Assembly: GCF_001306055.1 (NCBI RefSeq)
Contig: NZ_LGHJ01000004.1
Location: 1 to 32,000 of the forward strand
Source of the DNA: Bellilinea caldifistulae
GTDB taxonomy: Bacteria > Chloroflexota > Anaerolineae > Anaerolineales > Anaerolineaceae
Reading direction: 5' to 3'
DNA: 32,000 bases
Under the pieces are notes generated by a model that did no database searches, was not told the DNA's origin, and worked only from the letters and a program-made list of their open reading frames with translations. Position numbers and translations under genes: made by a program. Shown here piece by piece: positions 1-8,592 of this stretch (positions are counted from its first letter, which is position 1; every line of letters begins with the position of its first letter).

Positions 1-142
1 ATGATCCTTTGCCGGTTTCTTCGAAACGCTGCTTTTCCATCCCGCTGATCTCCAAAGTGGTTTGGTTCGATTGTATTAAGGTTTTCCCCTTTTCGTCAAT
101 CCCAGTTGTTTGTTTTTCAACAATCTCTGACTAAAATTATAA

Positions 143-171
143 TTGACCACGCCAAGATTTGCTATTATAAT
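143..171 (+). promoter_or_regulatory. sigma70-type promoter for the APC permease / trkA operon
   Basis: TTGACC (143-148), 17-nt spacer, TATAAT (166-171). It lies about 58 nt upstream of ATG 230. Confidence 0.55.
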
Positions 172-229
172 CACAGGCTTTGTTGATAAGAGTTCTTGCG
201 TCTGGAAATAAAGGCGTTACTGAGAATAA

Positions 230-2170
230 ATGAATATCGAAGATCAAACCGGTACGACTGTACTTCGCCGTGAAACCGAGGCCAAGCCCAAGAAAAGCTG
301 GCGCACTTGGCTGATTGGCAGACCTTTACCAACTGCAGATGCCCCTCACCAAACGATTGGGGTGTTGATTGGGCTGGCTGTTTTTGCATCGGATGCGCTT
401 TCCTCGACGGCGTATGCTACGCAGGAAATGCTGGTCATCCTGATGGTGTTGGGGCCTCAAGCTTATCAGTACGTCTTTCCATTGGCCATCGCAATTGTAA
501 TTCTATTGGGAATCGTTACTCTCTCCTACGAACAAACGGTTCATGCGTATCCAAATGGCGGTGGCGCGTATATCGTAACCCGGGACAATATAGGAGCCTT
601 ACCCTCAAAAGTTGCCGCTGCAGCATTGCTGACAGATTACATTCTGACCGTTGCGGTTTCTATTTCCTCGGGGGTTGCCCAAATTGTTTCTGCTATTCCG
701 TCACTATTTGAATACCGAGTTTGGATTGCAGTTGGGCTGGTTGCTTTTATCATGGTGGTCAACTTGCGAGGGATTAAGGAGTCGGGCAAGACATTTGCCA
801 TTCCCACGTACTTTTTCATTATTACCATGTTTGTTACTGTGCTGGTAGGATTGGGAAGATACCTGTTTGGTACGCTGGGTGTGGTTACCGATCCACCACC
901 ACTCGAAATTCTTCACACAACCTATGGGGTGGGGGCTTTTCTAATTTTGAGAGCTTTTGCCAGCGGAACTGCGGCATTGACGGGTATTGAAGCCATTGCC
1001 GATGGCATCCCGGCTTTTCGTGAGCCTCGCTCCAAAAATGCGGGTACTACGCTGATCATCATGTCGCTCATTCTCGGCAGTCTGATGTTGAGTATTTCGT
1101 TTTTATCGGCTCACATTCAGGCTGTTCCGTCCGAGGCTGAAACGGTCATTTCGCAACTGGCGCGCACGGCTTTTAATGGGAGGGGTGGCCTGTACGGTGC
1201 AGTGATTATCGCTACGACCGTCATCTTGATTATGGCAGCCAATACCTCGTTTGCTGATTTCCCGCGGTTGAGCGCAATCACTGCAACCGATGGTTTGCTC
1301 CCGCGTCAGTTGACCTACCGTGGCAGTCGGCTGGTGTATTCACGGGGGATCGTGCTGCTGGCTTTGCTGGCAACTTTGTTGATCGTTGTATTTCAAGCCT
1401 CGGTCACACGCTTGATCCCGCTTTACGCCGTTGGTGTTTTTCTTTCCTTTACCTTGTCTCAAGCCGGCATGGCACACCGTTGGTGGAAAATAGGAAAGTT
1501 GAAAGAAGGACAAGAGTTAAGGGAACGCGGCTCGGTGCTCCGTTACGACCCAAACTGGCTTCTTAAGATGGTCATCAATGGCTTTGGGGCTTTTTGCACG
1601 GGTGTTGTGATGATTGTCTTTGCCGCAACCAAGTTTGTGGATGGCGCGTGGGTAGTGATTGTGATTATTCCCACACTGGTGGTGATTTTTAGCGGTATTC
1701 AGCGGCACTACCATCATCTGGCTGCCAAACTTTCTCTTGAAAATTACGGCGGCTTACCGCAGATCGGTCGTCATCGGGTGATCATCCCTATCGGCGGTGT
1801 TCATCGGGGTACGCTGGCGGCTCTGCGGTATGCTCGTACGCTCTCGGATGACATTACAGCCGTGCATGTGTCCCTTGATCCGCAGGAAGCCGACCGGGTG
1901 CGACAAAAATGGGAAACGTGGGGAGACGGCCGCAGGTTGGTCATTCTTGAATCGCCCTATCGCTTATTCATTGAGCCGTTGTTGGAATACATCAATGAAA
2001 TCGAAGCCCTCCGTCAGCCCAATGAAATCATCACCATTGTCGTGCCGGAGTTTGTGCCGCGGCATTGGTGGGCCAGTTTACTGCACACTCAAACTGCACT
2101 TACTTTACGTATGGCATTGCTCTTTCATAAAGATATTGTCATCACCAGCGTTCCCTATCAGGTGGATTAA
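230..2170 (+). CDS. APC-superfamily permease (amino-acid/cation transporter fold) with a C-terminal cytoplasmic domain of about 150 aa; candidate K+ transporter
   Basis: 646-aa ORF. The first ~490 aa are polytopic and glycine-rich, with APC-like segments (GGGAYIVTRDNIG, ANTSFADFPRL). The soluble tail resembles a USP/nucleotide-binding domain (HRVIIPIGGVHRGTLAALRYA...). The stop overlaps the next ATG (TAATG at 2168-2172). Confidence 0.8.
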   Translation: MNIEDQTGTTVLRRETEAKPKKSWRTWLIGRPLPTADAPHQTIGVLIGLAVFASDALSSTAYATQEMLVILMVLGPQAYQYVFPLAIAIVILLGIVTLSYEQTVHAYPNGGGAYIVTRDNIGALPSKVAAAALLTDYILTVAVSISSGVAQIVSAIPSLFEYRVWIAVGLVAFIMVVNLRGIKESGKTFAIPTYFFIITMFVTVLVGLGRYLFGTLGVVTDPPPLEILHTTYGVGAFLILRAFASGTAALTGIEAIADGIPAFREPRSKNAGTTLIIMSLILGSLMLSISFLSAHIQAVPSEAETVISQLARTAFNGRGGLYGAVIIATTVILIMAANTSFADFPRLSAITATDGLLPRQLTYRGSRLVYSRGIVLLALLATLLIVVFQASVTRLIPLYAVGVFLSFTLSQAGMAHRWWKIGKLKEGQELRERGSVLRYDPNWLLKMVINGFGAFCTGVVMIVFAATKFVDGAWVVIVIIPTLVVIFSGIQRHYHHLAAKLSLENYGGLPQIGRHRVIIPIGGVHRGTLAALRYARTLSDDITAVHVSLDPQEADRVRQKWETWGDGRRLVILESPYRLFIEPLLEYINEIEALRQPNEIITIVVPEFVPRHWWASLLHTQTALTLRMALLFHKDIVITSVPYQVD

Positions 2171-2859
2171 TGAAAGCAGATCAAGAATCATCTCAAAAAA
2201 GAATGCAGATCATCGTGGTCGGCTGCGGCCGGCTGGGGTCAGCCCTGGCTTATCGGCTGTTTCGAGCCGGTCACTCGGTGGCGGTGATTGATTCATCGCC
2301 AACTTCGTTCAATAATTTGCCCCCCGATTTTACCGGCCGGCTTCATGAAGGGGATGCGCTCTCGCAGGATGTGTTGGTGCGGGCAGGTATCGAAAATGCC
2401 GATGCTCTGGCGGCCGTTACCAGCTCGGATGCCATCAATGCCGTGGTAGCACGGGTTGCCCGGGAGGTTTTTCATGTCCCCAATGTGGTTGCGCGCAATT
2501 ACGATCCACGCTGCCGGGTGTTGTTTGAAGAGCTGGAACTTCAGGTGATCAGTTCGACCAGTTGGGGGGCGCAGCGGATTGAAGAAATGCTCTACGATTC
2601 GGGCGTTCATACGGTCTTTTCAGCCGGAAATGGGGAAGTGGAGATCTACGAATTTGTCATCCCTGAACGATGGGATGGTAAAACGTTGGAGGAATTGCTG
2701 CCGGATGAAGAATGCCTGCCGATCTCGATTACACGGGCTGGGCGGGCAATGCTGCCCCAATCCGGCTTGATGATCAAGGGCGGTGACATCATTCACGTAA
2801 GCGCTACCTTTAATGGCAGTAACTGCTTACGCCAAAAGTTGATGGAAGGAAGGGAGTAG
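2170..2859 (+). CDS. trkA: TrkA/RCK-type K+ transport regulatory protein (TrkA-N Rossmann + TrkA-C)
   Basis: 229 aa. It has a GxGxxG Rossmann motif (IIVVGCGRLGSALA), a downstream acidic residue (VAVID) and a C-terminal TrkA-C-like segment. An alternative start is ATG 2203 (MQIIVVG). Confidence 0.88.
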   Translation: MKADQESSQKRMQIIVVGCGRLGSALAYRLFRAGHSVAVIDSSPTSFNNLPPDFTGRLHEGDALSQDVLVRAGIENADALAAVTSSDAINAVVARVAREVFHVPNVVARNYDPRCRVLFEELELQVISSTSWGAQRIEEMLYDSGVHTVFSAGNGEVEIYEFVIPERWDGKTLEELLPDEECLPISITRAGRAMLPQSGLMIKGGDIIHVSATFNGSNCLRQKLMEGRE

Positions 2860-2864
2860 CCAGA

Positions 2865-3554
2865 ATGTATGTCATTATTGCAGGTGGCGGAAGAACCGGC
2901 GCCCAGTTGGCGCGGATTCTGGTTGCCCAAAATCATTATGTTCAATTGATTGATAATCGCCCAGAGGTACTGGCGCGTTTGCACAAAGAATTACCCACCG
3001 AGGTGATTTTTGAGGGACGCCCGATTGACCCGCTGGTGTTGGAAAAAGCCGGAGCAGAAAAAGCCGATGTACTGGCAGCCTGTACAACCGAAGATGAGGT
3101 TAATCTGGCGATTTGTTTCATGGCGCGTAGCCGTTATAAAGTTCCGCGAACTATTGCTCGCATCAATAATCCTCGTAACGCGTGGCTGTTTGATCACAAG
3201 TTTCATGTGGATGTGGCGGTCAATCAGGCCGAAATTATGGCATCCATCATCGAAGAAGAGATGTCGCTGGGTGATATGATGACTCTGATCAAGCTGCGGC
3301 GGGGGAATTATTCCCTTGTCGAAGAGAAAGTCCCTGCGGATGCTGCGGCATTGGGGGTTGCCATAAAAGACCTGAATTTACCTGAACATTGTGTGATTGC
3401 GGCTATCATTCGGCACGGAGAGGTGATTGTGCCGCGCGGTGTGACCACCTTTGAACCCGGCGATGAAGTTTTAGCCGTGGCAGATCCGGAAGGTGCCCGG
3501 CAACTGGCTAAAATGCTCTCCCCGAATAAGGCGGTCAATGGCCGTACAAAGTGA
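2865..3554 (+). CDS. trkA: second TrkA/RCK-type K+ transport regulatory protein
   Basis: 229 aa. MYVIIAGGGRTGAQLARIL...LID is a Rossmann motif, followed by a TrkA-C-like C-terminus. It starts 5 nt after the preceding gene. Confidence 0.88.
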   Translation: MYVIIAGGGRTGAQLARILVAQNHYVQLIDNRPEVLARLHKELPTEVIFEGRPIDPLVLEKAGAEKADVLAACTTEDEVNLAICFMARSRYKVPRTIARINNPRNAWLFDHKFHVDVAVNQAEIMASIIEEEMSLGDMMTLIKLRRGNYSLVEEKVPADAAALGVAIKDLNLPEHCVIAAIIRHGEVIVPRGVTTFEPGDEVLAVADPEGARQLAKMLSPNKAVNGRTK

Positions 3555-3561
3555 AATTTGT

Positions 3562-3590
3562 TTGACCACTACCCAAGCATAGGGTATAAT
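3562..3590 (+). promoter_or_regulatory. sigma70-type promoter for rpmH-rnpA-yidD
   Basis: TTGACC (3562-3567), 17-nt spacer, TATAAT (3585-3590). The extended -35 word TTGACCAC is the same as in the promoter at 143. The predicted leader to rpmH is about 110 nt. Confidence 0.6.
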
Positions 3591-3709
3591 TTGGTTCTAC
3601 CCTTCGCAATCACCTGTGCACTGCGGAAATCGCCAAACATTTCGATAAAGGGGTTTGGCAATTTGCGCAGGACACAGTGGCTAAAAATCAATGAGGAAAG
3701 GATTACGAT

Positions 3710-3880
3710 ATGCCCAAACGGACATACCAACCAAAAATTCGCCGCCGTGTTCGCGTGCATGGCTTTCGCGCCCGGATGGCAACGGCTGACGGACGGCAGG
3801 TATTGAAACGCCGCCGCTTGCGCGGCCGCTACCGTCTGACAGTCACCGCAAACAGCCATGTTAAAAAGGTACGCTGGTAA
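3710..3880 (+). CDS. rpmH: 50S ribosomal protein L34
   Basis: Hand translation gives [56 protein letters not shown]. The core matches the universal L34 signature (KRT.QP...R...HGFR.RM.T..GR.VL..RR.KGR..L). An SD-like GAGGAAAGG lies at 3693-3701. At 56 aa it is below the ORF-track cutoff. It sits directly upstream of rnpA, as in most bacteria. Confidence 0.92.
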   Translation: MPKRTYQPKIRRRVRVHGFRARMATADGRQVLKRRRLRGRYRLTVTANSHVKKVRW

Positions 3881-3883
3881 TCG

Positions 3884-4321
3884 GTGCTGTCTACGCAGGT
3901 AATGCCCTTAGGGCGCGACCTGCCGTTCATTGGTCTTCAATGGACGGATTCATGGGTGAAGCGCAAATTCAGGCTAAGACGGTCGAACGATTTCAAGCGG
4001 GTGCGGCAATCAGGTAAATCATTTACGCACCCGTTTGTTGTGTTAAGTGTGCTGTCCAATGAGGAAGGTCAATTGCGTATCGGTATTACCGCCAGCAAAG
4101 CAGTGGGCAGTGCCGTAGACCGGAATCGAGCCAAAAGGCGCTTGCGAGCGGTGGTGGACGGGTTGCTGCCCCGCATGCAGGCCGGCTGGGATGTGGTGCT
4201 GATTGCGCGCAAACCGGTCTTAACCGCCGATTTTGAAGACTTGACTCAATCGGTGTTGGAATTGTTGACTCGCGCGCACGTGATTGTTGAAAACGGGACA
4301 AGGTTCGATGATCGAGCATGA
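3884..4321 (+). CDS. rnpA: ribonuclease P protein component
   Basis: It has the RNR motif region ([22 protein letters not shown]) and an N-terminal [15 protein letters not shown] like other RnpA proteins. 3884 (GTG) is the longest ORF. By alignment logic the true start is probably ATG 3902 or GTG 3956. Confidence 0.88.
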   Translation: MLSTQVMPLGRDLPFIGLQWTDSWVKRKFRLRRSNDFKRVRQSGKSFTHPFVVLSVLSNEEGQLRIGITASKAVGSAVDRNRAKRRLRAVVDGLLPRMQAGWDVVLIARKPVLTADFEDLTQSVLELLTRAHVIVENGTRFDDRA

Positions 4322-4586
4322 TTATTCTCATGAACCGAGACTACGGGATTTACCGTTCAACTTCAAAACGGCGCCGCGTTGGGTTTTGCTGGGTTTAATC
4401 CGCCTCTATCAAAAACTGGTTTCACCAGCATTACCGGCCAACACCTGCCGTTTTTATCCGACCTGCTCACACTACGGTTATCAGGCCATCTACAAGCATG
4501 GCGCAATTAAAGGTACGCTTATGGCGGTGTGGCGGGTATTGCGTTGCAATCCTTTCAATCCCGGTGGATATGATCCCGTACCTTGA
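4308..4586 (+). CDS. yidD: membrane protein insertion efficiency factor YidD
   Basis: [34 protein letters not shown]......R.LRCNPF..GGYDPVP is the YidD signature. ATG 4308 overlaps the rnpA stop (4319-4321). The ORF track starts at TTG 4284. Confidence 0.9.
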   Translation: MIEHDYSHEPRLRDLPFNFKTAPRWVLLGLIRLYQKLVSPALPANTCRFYPTCSHYGYQAIYKHGAIKGTLMAVWRVLRCNPFNPGGYDPVP

Positions 4587-4623
4587 AGTTGAGCGAGAAA
4601 TCTAACTGACACGAAAAAAATCT

Positions 4624-5682
4624 ATGAAAAATACAAAAATTTTACTCATCGGACTGTTCCTGTTAGGAGCTGTATTGTTAACATCCTGTGGCGCACCGCT
4701 TTCAGGCTCCAGCTGGCCGGGGGTCAGCTCAAACGGCGATGCTGTCTACGTTGCCTATATGCAGCACGTTTATGCCATTCGGGCAGCGGATGGCAGCATG
4801 ATCTGGCGTTTTCCAGAGAAAGCAGGGCGACAGATGTTTTTCGCCGCACCGGTGCTGGCTGATGATCAATTGCTTGTGGGGGATTATGAAAATGTCCTGC
4901 ACAGTCTCGATCCGAACAGCGGGGTAGAAAAGTGGATCTTCACACAGGCTCAGGCCGATTGGATTGCCAGTCCGCTGGTGGTGGGGGATGTAATCCTCGC
5001 CCCGAATGCGGATCATTTTCTCTATGCCCTTTCCAAAAATGGATCGCTACTGTGGAAATTTGAAACCGGCCGGGCCTTGTGGGCGCAGCCGGTCAGTGAC
5101 GGGGAGTTCGTATATCAGGCTTCGATGGATCACAAGGTGTACGCCATAAACCTTCGAACCGGACAAGAGCTGTGGTCATTGGATGTTGGCGGGGCGGTGA
5201 TCTATTCACCCACCCTGGACGCCGAGGAAGGTACGTTGTATCTGACCACTTTGGCGCGCAATCTGATGGCTATCAACACGCAGGACGGTTCCATCCGCTG
5301 GCAGCGCCAATTCGAAGGCGGTTTGTGGACTCAGCCCGCCTTGCATGATGGCCGGCTTTACATGGGAGATTTGCAGGGAACAGTCTATGCCATCTCGACG
5401 AAGGATGGGGCTGAAATCTGGACTCAAAAAGTGGATCAGCCAGTGACCGGTAAACCAACAGTTCTGGACAGCCGGGTGATTTTTCCGACCGAGGATGGCA
5501 GTCTGATTGCCATGACGCTGGAGGGTGAGCGTTTGTGGAGCCGCACCTTTGAAGGAAAGTTGTACACCGGGCCGGTAGTCATCGGCGACCGTCTGGCAGT
5601 GGGCATTGCCGGCGGTAAAGAGTTTTTGAAAATGGTCTCGCTGGATGGGCAAGACCTTTGGACGTTTGTTCCACCTAAATAA
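4624..5682 (+). CDS. PQQ-like (BamB/YfgL-type) beta-propeller repeat lipoprotein
   Basis: 352 aa. It has a signal peptide with a lipobox (LLTSC at residues 18-22). Repeated motifs (G.vyA.....G...W.f) are typical of PQQ-like 8-bladed propellers. Confidence 0.75.
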   Translation: MKNTKILLIGLFLLGAVLLTSCGAPLSGSSWPGVSSNGDAVYVAYMQHVYAIRAADGSMIWRFPEKAGRQMFFAAPVLADDQLLVGDYENVLHSLDPNSGVEKWIFTQAQADWIASPLVVGDVILAPNADHFLYALSKNGSLLWKFETGRALWAQPVSDGEFVYQASMDHKVYAINLRTGQELWSLDVGGAVIYSPTLDAEEGTLYLTTLARNLMAINTQDGSIRWQRQFEGGLWTQPALHDGRLYMGDLQGTVYAISTKDGAEIWTQKVDQPVTGKPTVLDSRVIFPTEDGSLIAMTLEGERLWSRTFEGKLYTGPVVIGDRLAVGIAGGKEFLKMVSLDGQDLWTFVPPK

Positions 5683-5696
5683 GAGAGGTAAAAGTC

Positions 5697-6509
5697 ATGT
5701 GGGACGCTTTGATTATTACGCCGTTTATCAACACCCTGCTGTTCATCTATAACATTGTTGGACAGAATTTTGGGATTGCCATCATCCTGTTCACCCTGCT
5801 GATTCGGTTAATTACCCACCCCTTGATGGTTAAACAGATCAAGGGAGCGCAGGCAATGCAGGAACTTCAAAAGAACGAAAAATGGATCAAAATTCAAGAA
5901 AAATACAAAGGTGACCGTGAAAAATTGGCACAGGAGCAAATGGCACTCTACAAAGAGTTGGGAATCAATCCGTTTGCTTCCTGTCTGCCAACTTTGATCC
6001 AGCTGCCGATCATTTTCGGCTTGTATCAGGCAATCATCTCTGCGCTGGCCAGTACACCACTGGATTTGCTGCGGTTGATCCGCCATATTTATCCCGGCCT
6101 TTTGCAGGTTGAATCGCTGATCCCGCTGAATTCGCGTTTCCTGTGGATGGATCTGGGTCAACCCGAACGGTTGTTCATTCCGGGGTTGAGTTTTGGCATT
6201 CCGGTACTGGTGGTTGTGGTTGTAATCACGACTTATGTGCAGGGGAAGTTGATTGCCACCCCTTCCGCCAATCCCAAAGATCAAACAGCGGCAATGTCGA
6301 ATATGATGAACCTGTACATGCCAATCTTCATGGGATATCTGGCTTATACACTGGCTTCGGGTCTGGCTTTGTACTTTGTGGCTTCGAACCTGATCGGTAT
6401 CCTGCAATATGCAATGTTAGGTAAAGTCAATTGGGGAAACGTGTTCCCATTTTTGAACAAACAGCCAGCGCCAGCCGGCAGCGGCGGGAAAAAATCCTAT
6501 TCGAAATAG
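5697..6509 (+). CDS. yidC: membrane protein insertase YidC (short, Gram-positive/Oxa1-like form)
   Basis: 270 aa. It carries FGIAIILFTLLIRLITHPL, MQELQ...IQEKYKGDREKLAQEQMALYKELGINP and CLPTLIQLPIIFGLY motifs. It sits in the rnpA-yidD-yidC-jag context. Confidence 0.92.
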   Translation: MWDALIITPFINTLLFIYNIVGQNFGIAIILFTLLIRLITHPLMVKQIKGAQAMQELQKNEKWIKIQEKYKGDREKLAQEQMALYKELGINPFASCLPTLIQLPIIFGLYQAIISALASTPLDLLRLIRHIYPGLLQVESLIPLNSRFLWMDLGQPERLFIPGLSFGIPVLVVVVVITTYVQGKLIATPSANPKDQTAAMSNMMNLYMPIFMGYLAYTLASGLALYFVASNLIGILQYAMLGKVNWGNVFPFLNKQPAPAGSGGKKSYSK

Positions 6510-6557
6510 TGCAGCATCGCCCTAATTAAATTTGAAAAGGGAAGATTTGAGGAGGCT

Positions 6558-7343
6558 ATGAGTCACGAGAAAACCACCCTTGAAATCATTGCTCCAACTG
6601 TCGAAGAGGCAGTTGCTAAAGGATTGAATCAACTTGGCCTGCGCGAAGAAGAGGTCGAAGTTGAAGTTTTGGATGCTGGTAGCCGTGGTTTCCTTGGTTT
6701 GGGCAGCCGTCAGGCGCGTATCCGTTTGTGGATCAAAGAAAAAGAGAGCGTTCAAACTGCTCCGCTGGAAAACGAAAAGAAACGACCGGCCAAGATTGAA
6801 AGGAAACCCGCTCTCTCAACAAACCCGACTCAGCCAACCGAAGGAACTCTGGACAGGGATGAGAAATTTGTATTGGCCACCGCTGAGCAAATTACGGGGG
6901 AGTTGTTGCAAAAAATGCACCTGAAAGCTCGTCTAAAGGCGAGCATGCTTCCCCCGCAGGATGAAAACGATCAACCGACGGTGATGGTGGAGGTGCAGGG
7001 CGAGGATTTGAGTATTCTCATCGGTCGGCGGTCGGAGACTTTGAATGCCTTGCAGTACATCACCAGCCTGATTCTAAGCAAAGAGGTTGGCCATTGGGTA
7101 CCGTTGATTATTGATGTGCAGGGCTATCGTGCCCGAAGGGAACGTCAATTACGGGTGCTGGCACGCCGCAGTGCCGAACAGGTCGTGCACACCGGAAGAA
7201 AAATCACCCTTGAACCCATGCCGGCTAATGAACGACGAGTGATCCACCTTGAACTACGCGATCATCCGGAAGTAACCACCGAAAGCGTGGGTGAGGAACC
7301 AAACCGAAAGGTCACAATCTTTCTCAAGAAACACCATTCATGA
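6558..7343 (+). CDS. jag: Jag/KhpB RNA-binding protein (Jag-N, KH, R3H domains)
   Basis: 261 aa. The N-terminal Jag-N-like segment reads GLNQLGLREEEVEVEVLDAGSRGFLG. There is a KH-like core (VEVQGEDLSILIGRRSETLNALQYI) and an R3H-type tail (EPMPANERRVIHLEL). It is located immediately after yidC. Confidence 0.87.
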   Translation: MSHEKTTLEIIAPTVEEAVAKGLNQLGLREEEVEVEVLDAGSRGFLGLGSRQARIRLWIKEKESVQTAPLENEKKRPAKIERKPALSTNPTQPTEGTLDRDEKFVLATAEQITGELLQKMHLKARLKASMLPPQDENDQPTVMVEVQGEDLSILIGRRSETLNALQYITSLILSKEVGHWVPLIIDVQGYRARRERQLRVLARRSAEQVVHTGRKITLEPMPANERRVIHLELRDHPEVTTESVGEEPNRKVTIFLKKHHS

Positions 7344-7353
7344 ATCATTATCA

Positions 7354-7400
7354 GAAACAGGCATTTTCAATGGCGAACTTGAAAAGCCTGTTTTCTTTTT
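7354..7400 (+). terminator. rho-independent terminator after jag
   Basis: GAAACAGGCATTTTCAA (7354-7370) pairs with TTGAAAAGCCTGTTTTC (7379-7395), giving about 16 bp with one bulge and loop TGGCGAAC. A T5 run follows (7396-7400). Confidence 0.8.
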
Positions 7401-7409
7401 GGAGATAAT

Positions 7410-8579
7410 GTGACCATCTGGCAGTTCATCGTTTCTACCCATGCGGATGGCTTGCTGGGCTACCTTGGGGTCATTTTGACCATTTCGGTCTTCAATCTTT
7501 TTTGGTTTCGGCGAATTGACCGCTATCCGCCAGCTGCTCAAAAACCGCTCGTGTCCGTCCTCATACCAGCCCGAAACGAAGAGGAAAATATTGGGGCGTG
7601 TCTGGAGTCGGTATTGAGACAGGATTATCCCAACTTGGAAATCCGGGTTCTGGATGATCAATCTACCGATCGAACGGCTGAAATTGCCCGTCGTTACGTT
7701 CAGCAGGATCGGCGGTTGGTTTTGGTGGAAGGGAAACCTCTCCCGCCCGGCTGGTTGGGAAAGCACTGGGCGTGTCATCAGTTAGCCGAACAAAGCAGCG
7801 GTGAATTGTTGCTCTTTTTAGATGCAGATACGGTGCTTCATCCAAAAGCCATTACGCATGCGGTAAATACTTTTTTTCACGAACACGTCCAATTGCTTAG
7901 CGTTGTTCCGAAGGAAATTGTAAAAAGTTGTGGAGAACGGCTGATTCAACCCTTTTTCTTGTGGGCGGTTTACACGGTTTTACCCCTGGGCATTGCCAGA
8001 AAGGTGCAGCTTGACTGGTTGACCTTTACAATTGGCCAGTTTATGCTGTTTGACAGGCAGGTTTATTTTGAAATCGGCGGCCATGCGGCGGTGCGGAACG
8101 ATGCAGTGGATGATCTGGCTCTGGGACGCCTGACAGTGAAACGGGGTTTCCGCTGGTGGCTGGCGGATGGGACGACGCAGGTGAAATGCCGGATGTATCG
8201 TTCTCTAACTCAGGTCATTGAAGGTTTTAGTAAGAATTATTTTGCGGCTTTTCGGTATAATCTCTTAACATATGGTTTTGTGTTTTCGTGGTTGATGATG
8301 GTTTTCTGGGAACCGCTGGTCGTTCTTTTTCTTAACCTGTTTGGTTTGAAAGCTAATTACTTTCCAATGCAAAAAGCTGGTGTGGCAGTGGGTCTCTCTC
8401 TGATGATTTGGGCTTTGGTTTATGCCCGTCTGAAATTTCCGGTTTATCTGGCCATTTTTTATCCCCTGACGGTGCTTTTCAACACTTTGATTGCGGTGCG
8501 CTCTTTCTATCTGACTATAAGCGGCACCTCTACTTGGAAAGATCGTCGTCTGGAACGGCCCAAAATTCGCTTTTTCTGA
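7410..8579 (+). CDS. membrane-anchored family-2 glycosyltransferase (CrtQ-like / lipid glycosyltransferase type)
   Basis: 389 aa. GT-A signature [42 protein letters not shown], plus LFLDADT (DxD). The N- and C-termini carry TM segments. The [14 protein letters not shown] segment resembles carotenoid/lipid GT2 enzymes (from memory). GTG start follows GGAG (7401-7404). Confidence 0.78.
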   Translation: MTIWQFIVSTHADGLLGYLGVILTISVFNLFWFRRIDRYPPAAQKPLVSVLIPARNEEENIGACLESVLRQDYPNLEIRVLDDQSTDRTAEIARRYVQQDRRLVLVEGKPLPPGWLGKHWACHQLAEQSSGELLLFLDADTVLHPKAITHAVNTFFHEHVQLLSVVPKEIVKSCGERLIQPFFLWAVYTVLPLGIARKVQLDWLTFTIGQFMLFDRQVYFEIGGHAAVRNDAVDDLALGRLTVKRGFRWWLADGTTQVKCRMYRSLTQVIEGFSKNYFAAFRYNLLTYGFVFSWLMMVFWEPLVVLFLNLFGLKANYFPMQKAGVAVGLSLMIWALVYARLKFPVYLAIFYPLTVLFNTLIAVRSFYLTISGTSTWKDRRLERPKIRFF

Positions 8580-8592
8580 CGGAGGAAAACTC

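Noticed and set aside
1-40. Possible 5' end of a - strand gene leaving the window (ATG at 40-38, reading MEKQRFEETGKGS...).
   Set aside because: Only 13 codons are visible, which is not enough to support a call or a function.
64-72. GGTTCGATT, reminiscent of a tRNA T-loop.
   Set aside because: The flanking sequence cannot form T-arm, acceptor or anticodon stems. It is not a tRNA.
172-229. Possible c-di-AMP (ydaO-type) or other riboswitch ahead of the KimA-like permease.
   Set aside because: The predicted leader is only about 55 nt. It shows none of the conserved ydaO motif helices or any obvious terminator.
3558-3859. ORF-track entries 3558-3806 (+) and 3569-3859 (-).
   Set aside because: Both overlap the clearly recognisable rpmH gene (3710-3880) and its promoter and leader. 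They have no recognisable motifs and no SD, so I treat them as chance ORFs.
5808-6407. 199-aa antisense ORF inside yidC. Similar shadow ORFs occur at 12370-12909 (-), 19779-20159 (+), 26198-26716 (+), 21225-21638 (-) and 5206-5652 (-).
   Set aside because: They lie entirely within strongly supported genes on the other strand or in another frame. They have Arg/Pro/Gly/His-rich low-complexity composition typical of antisense frames.
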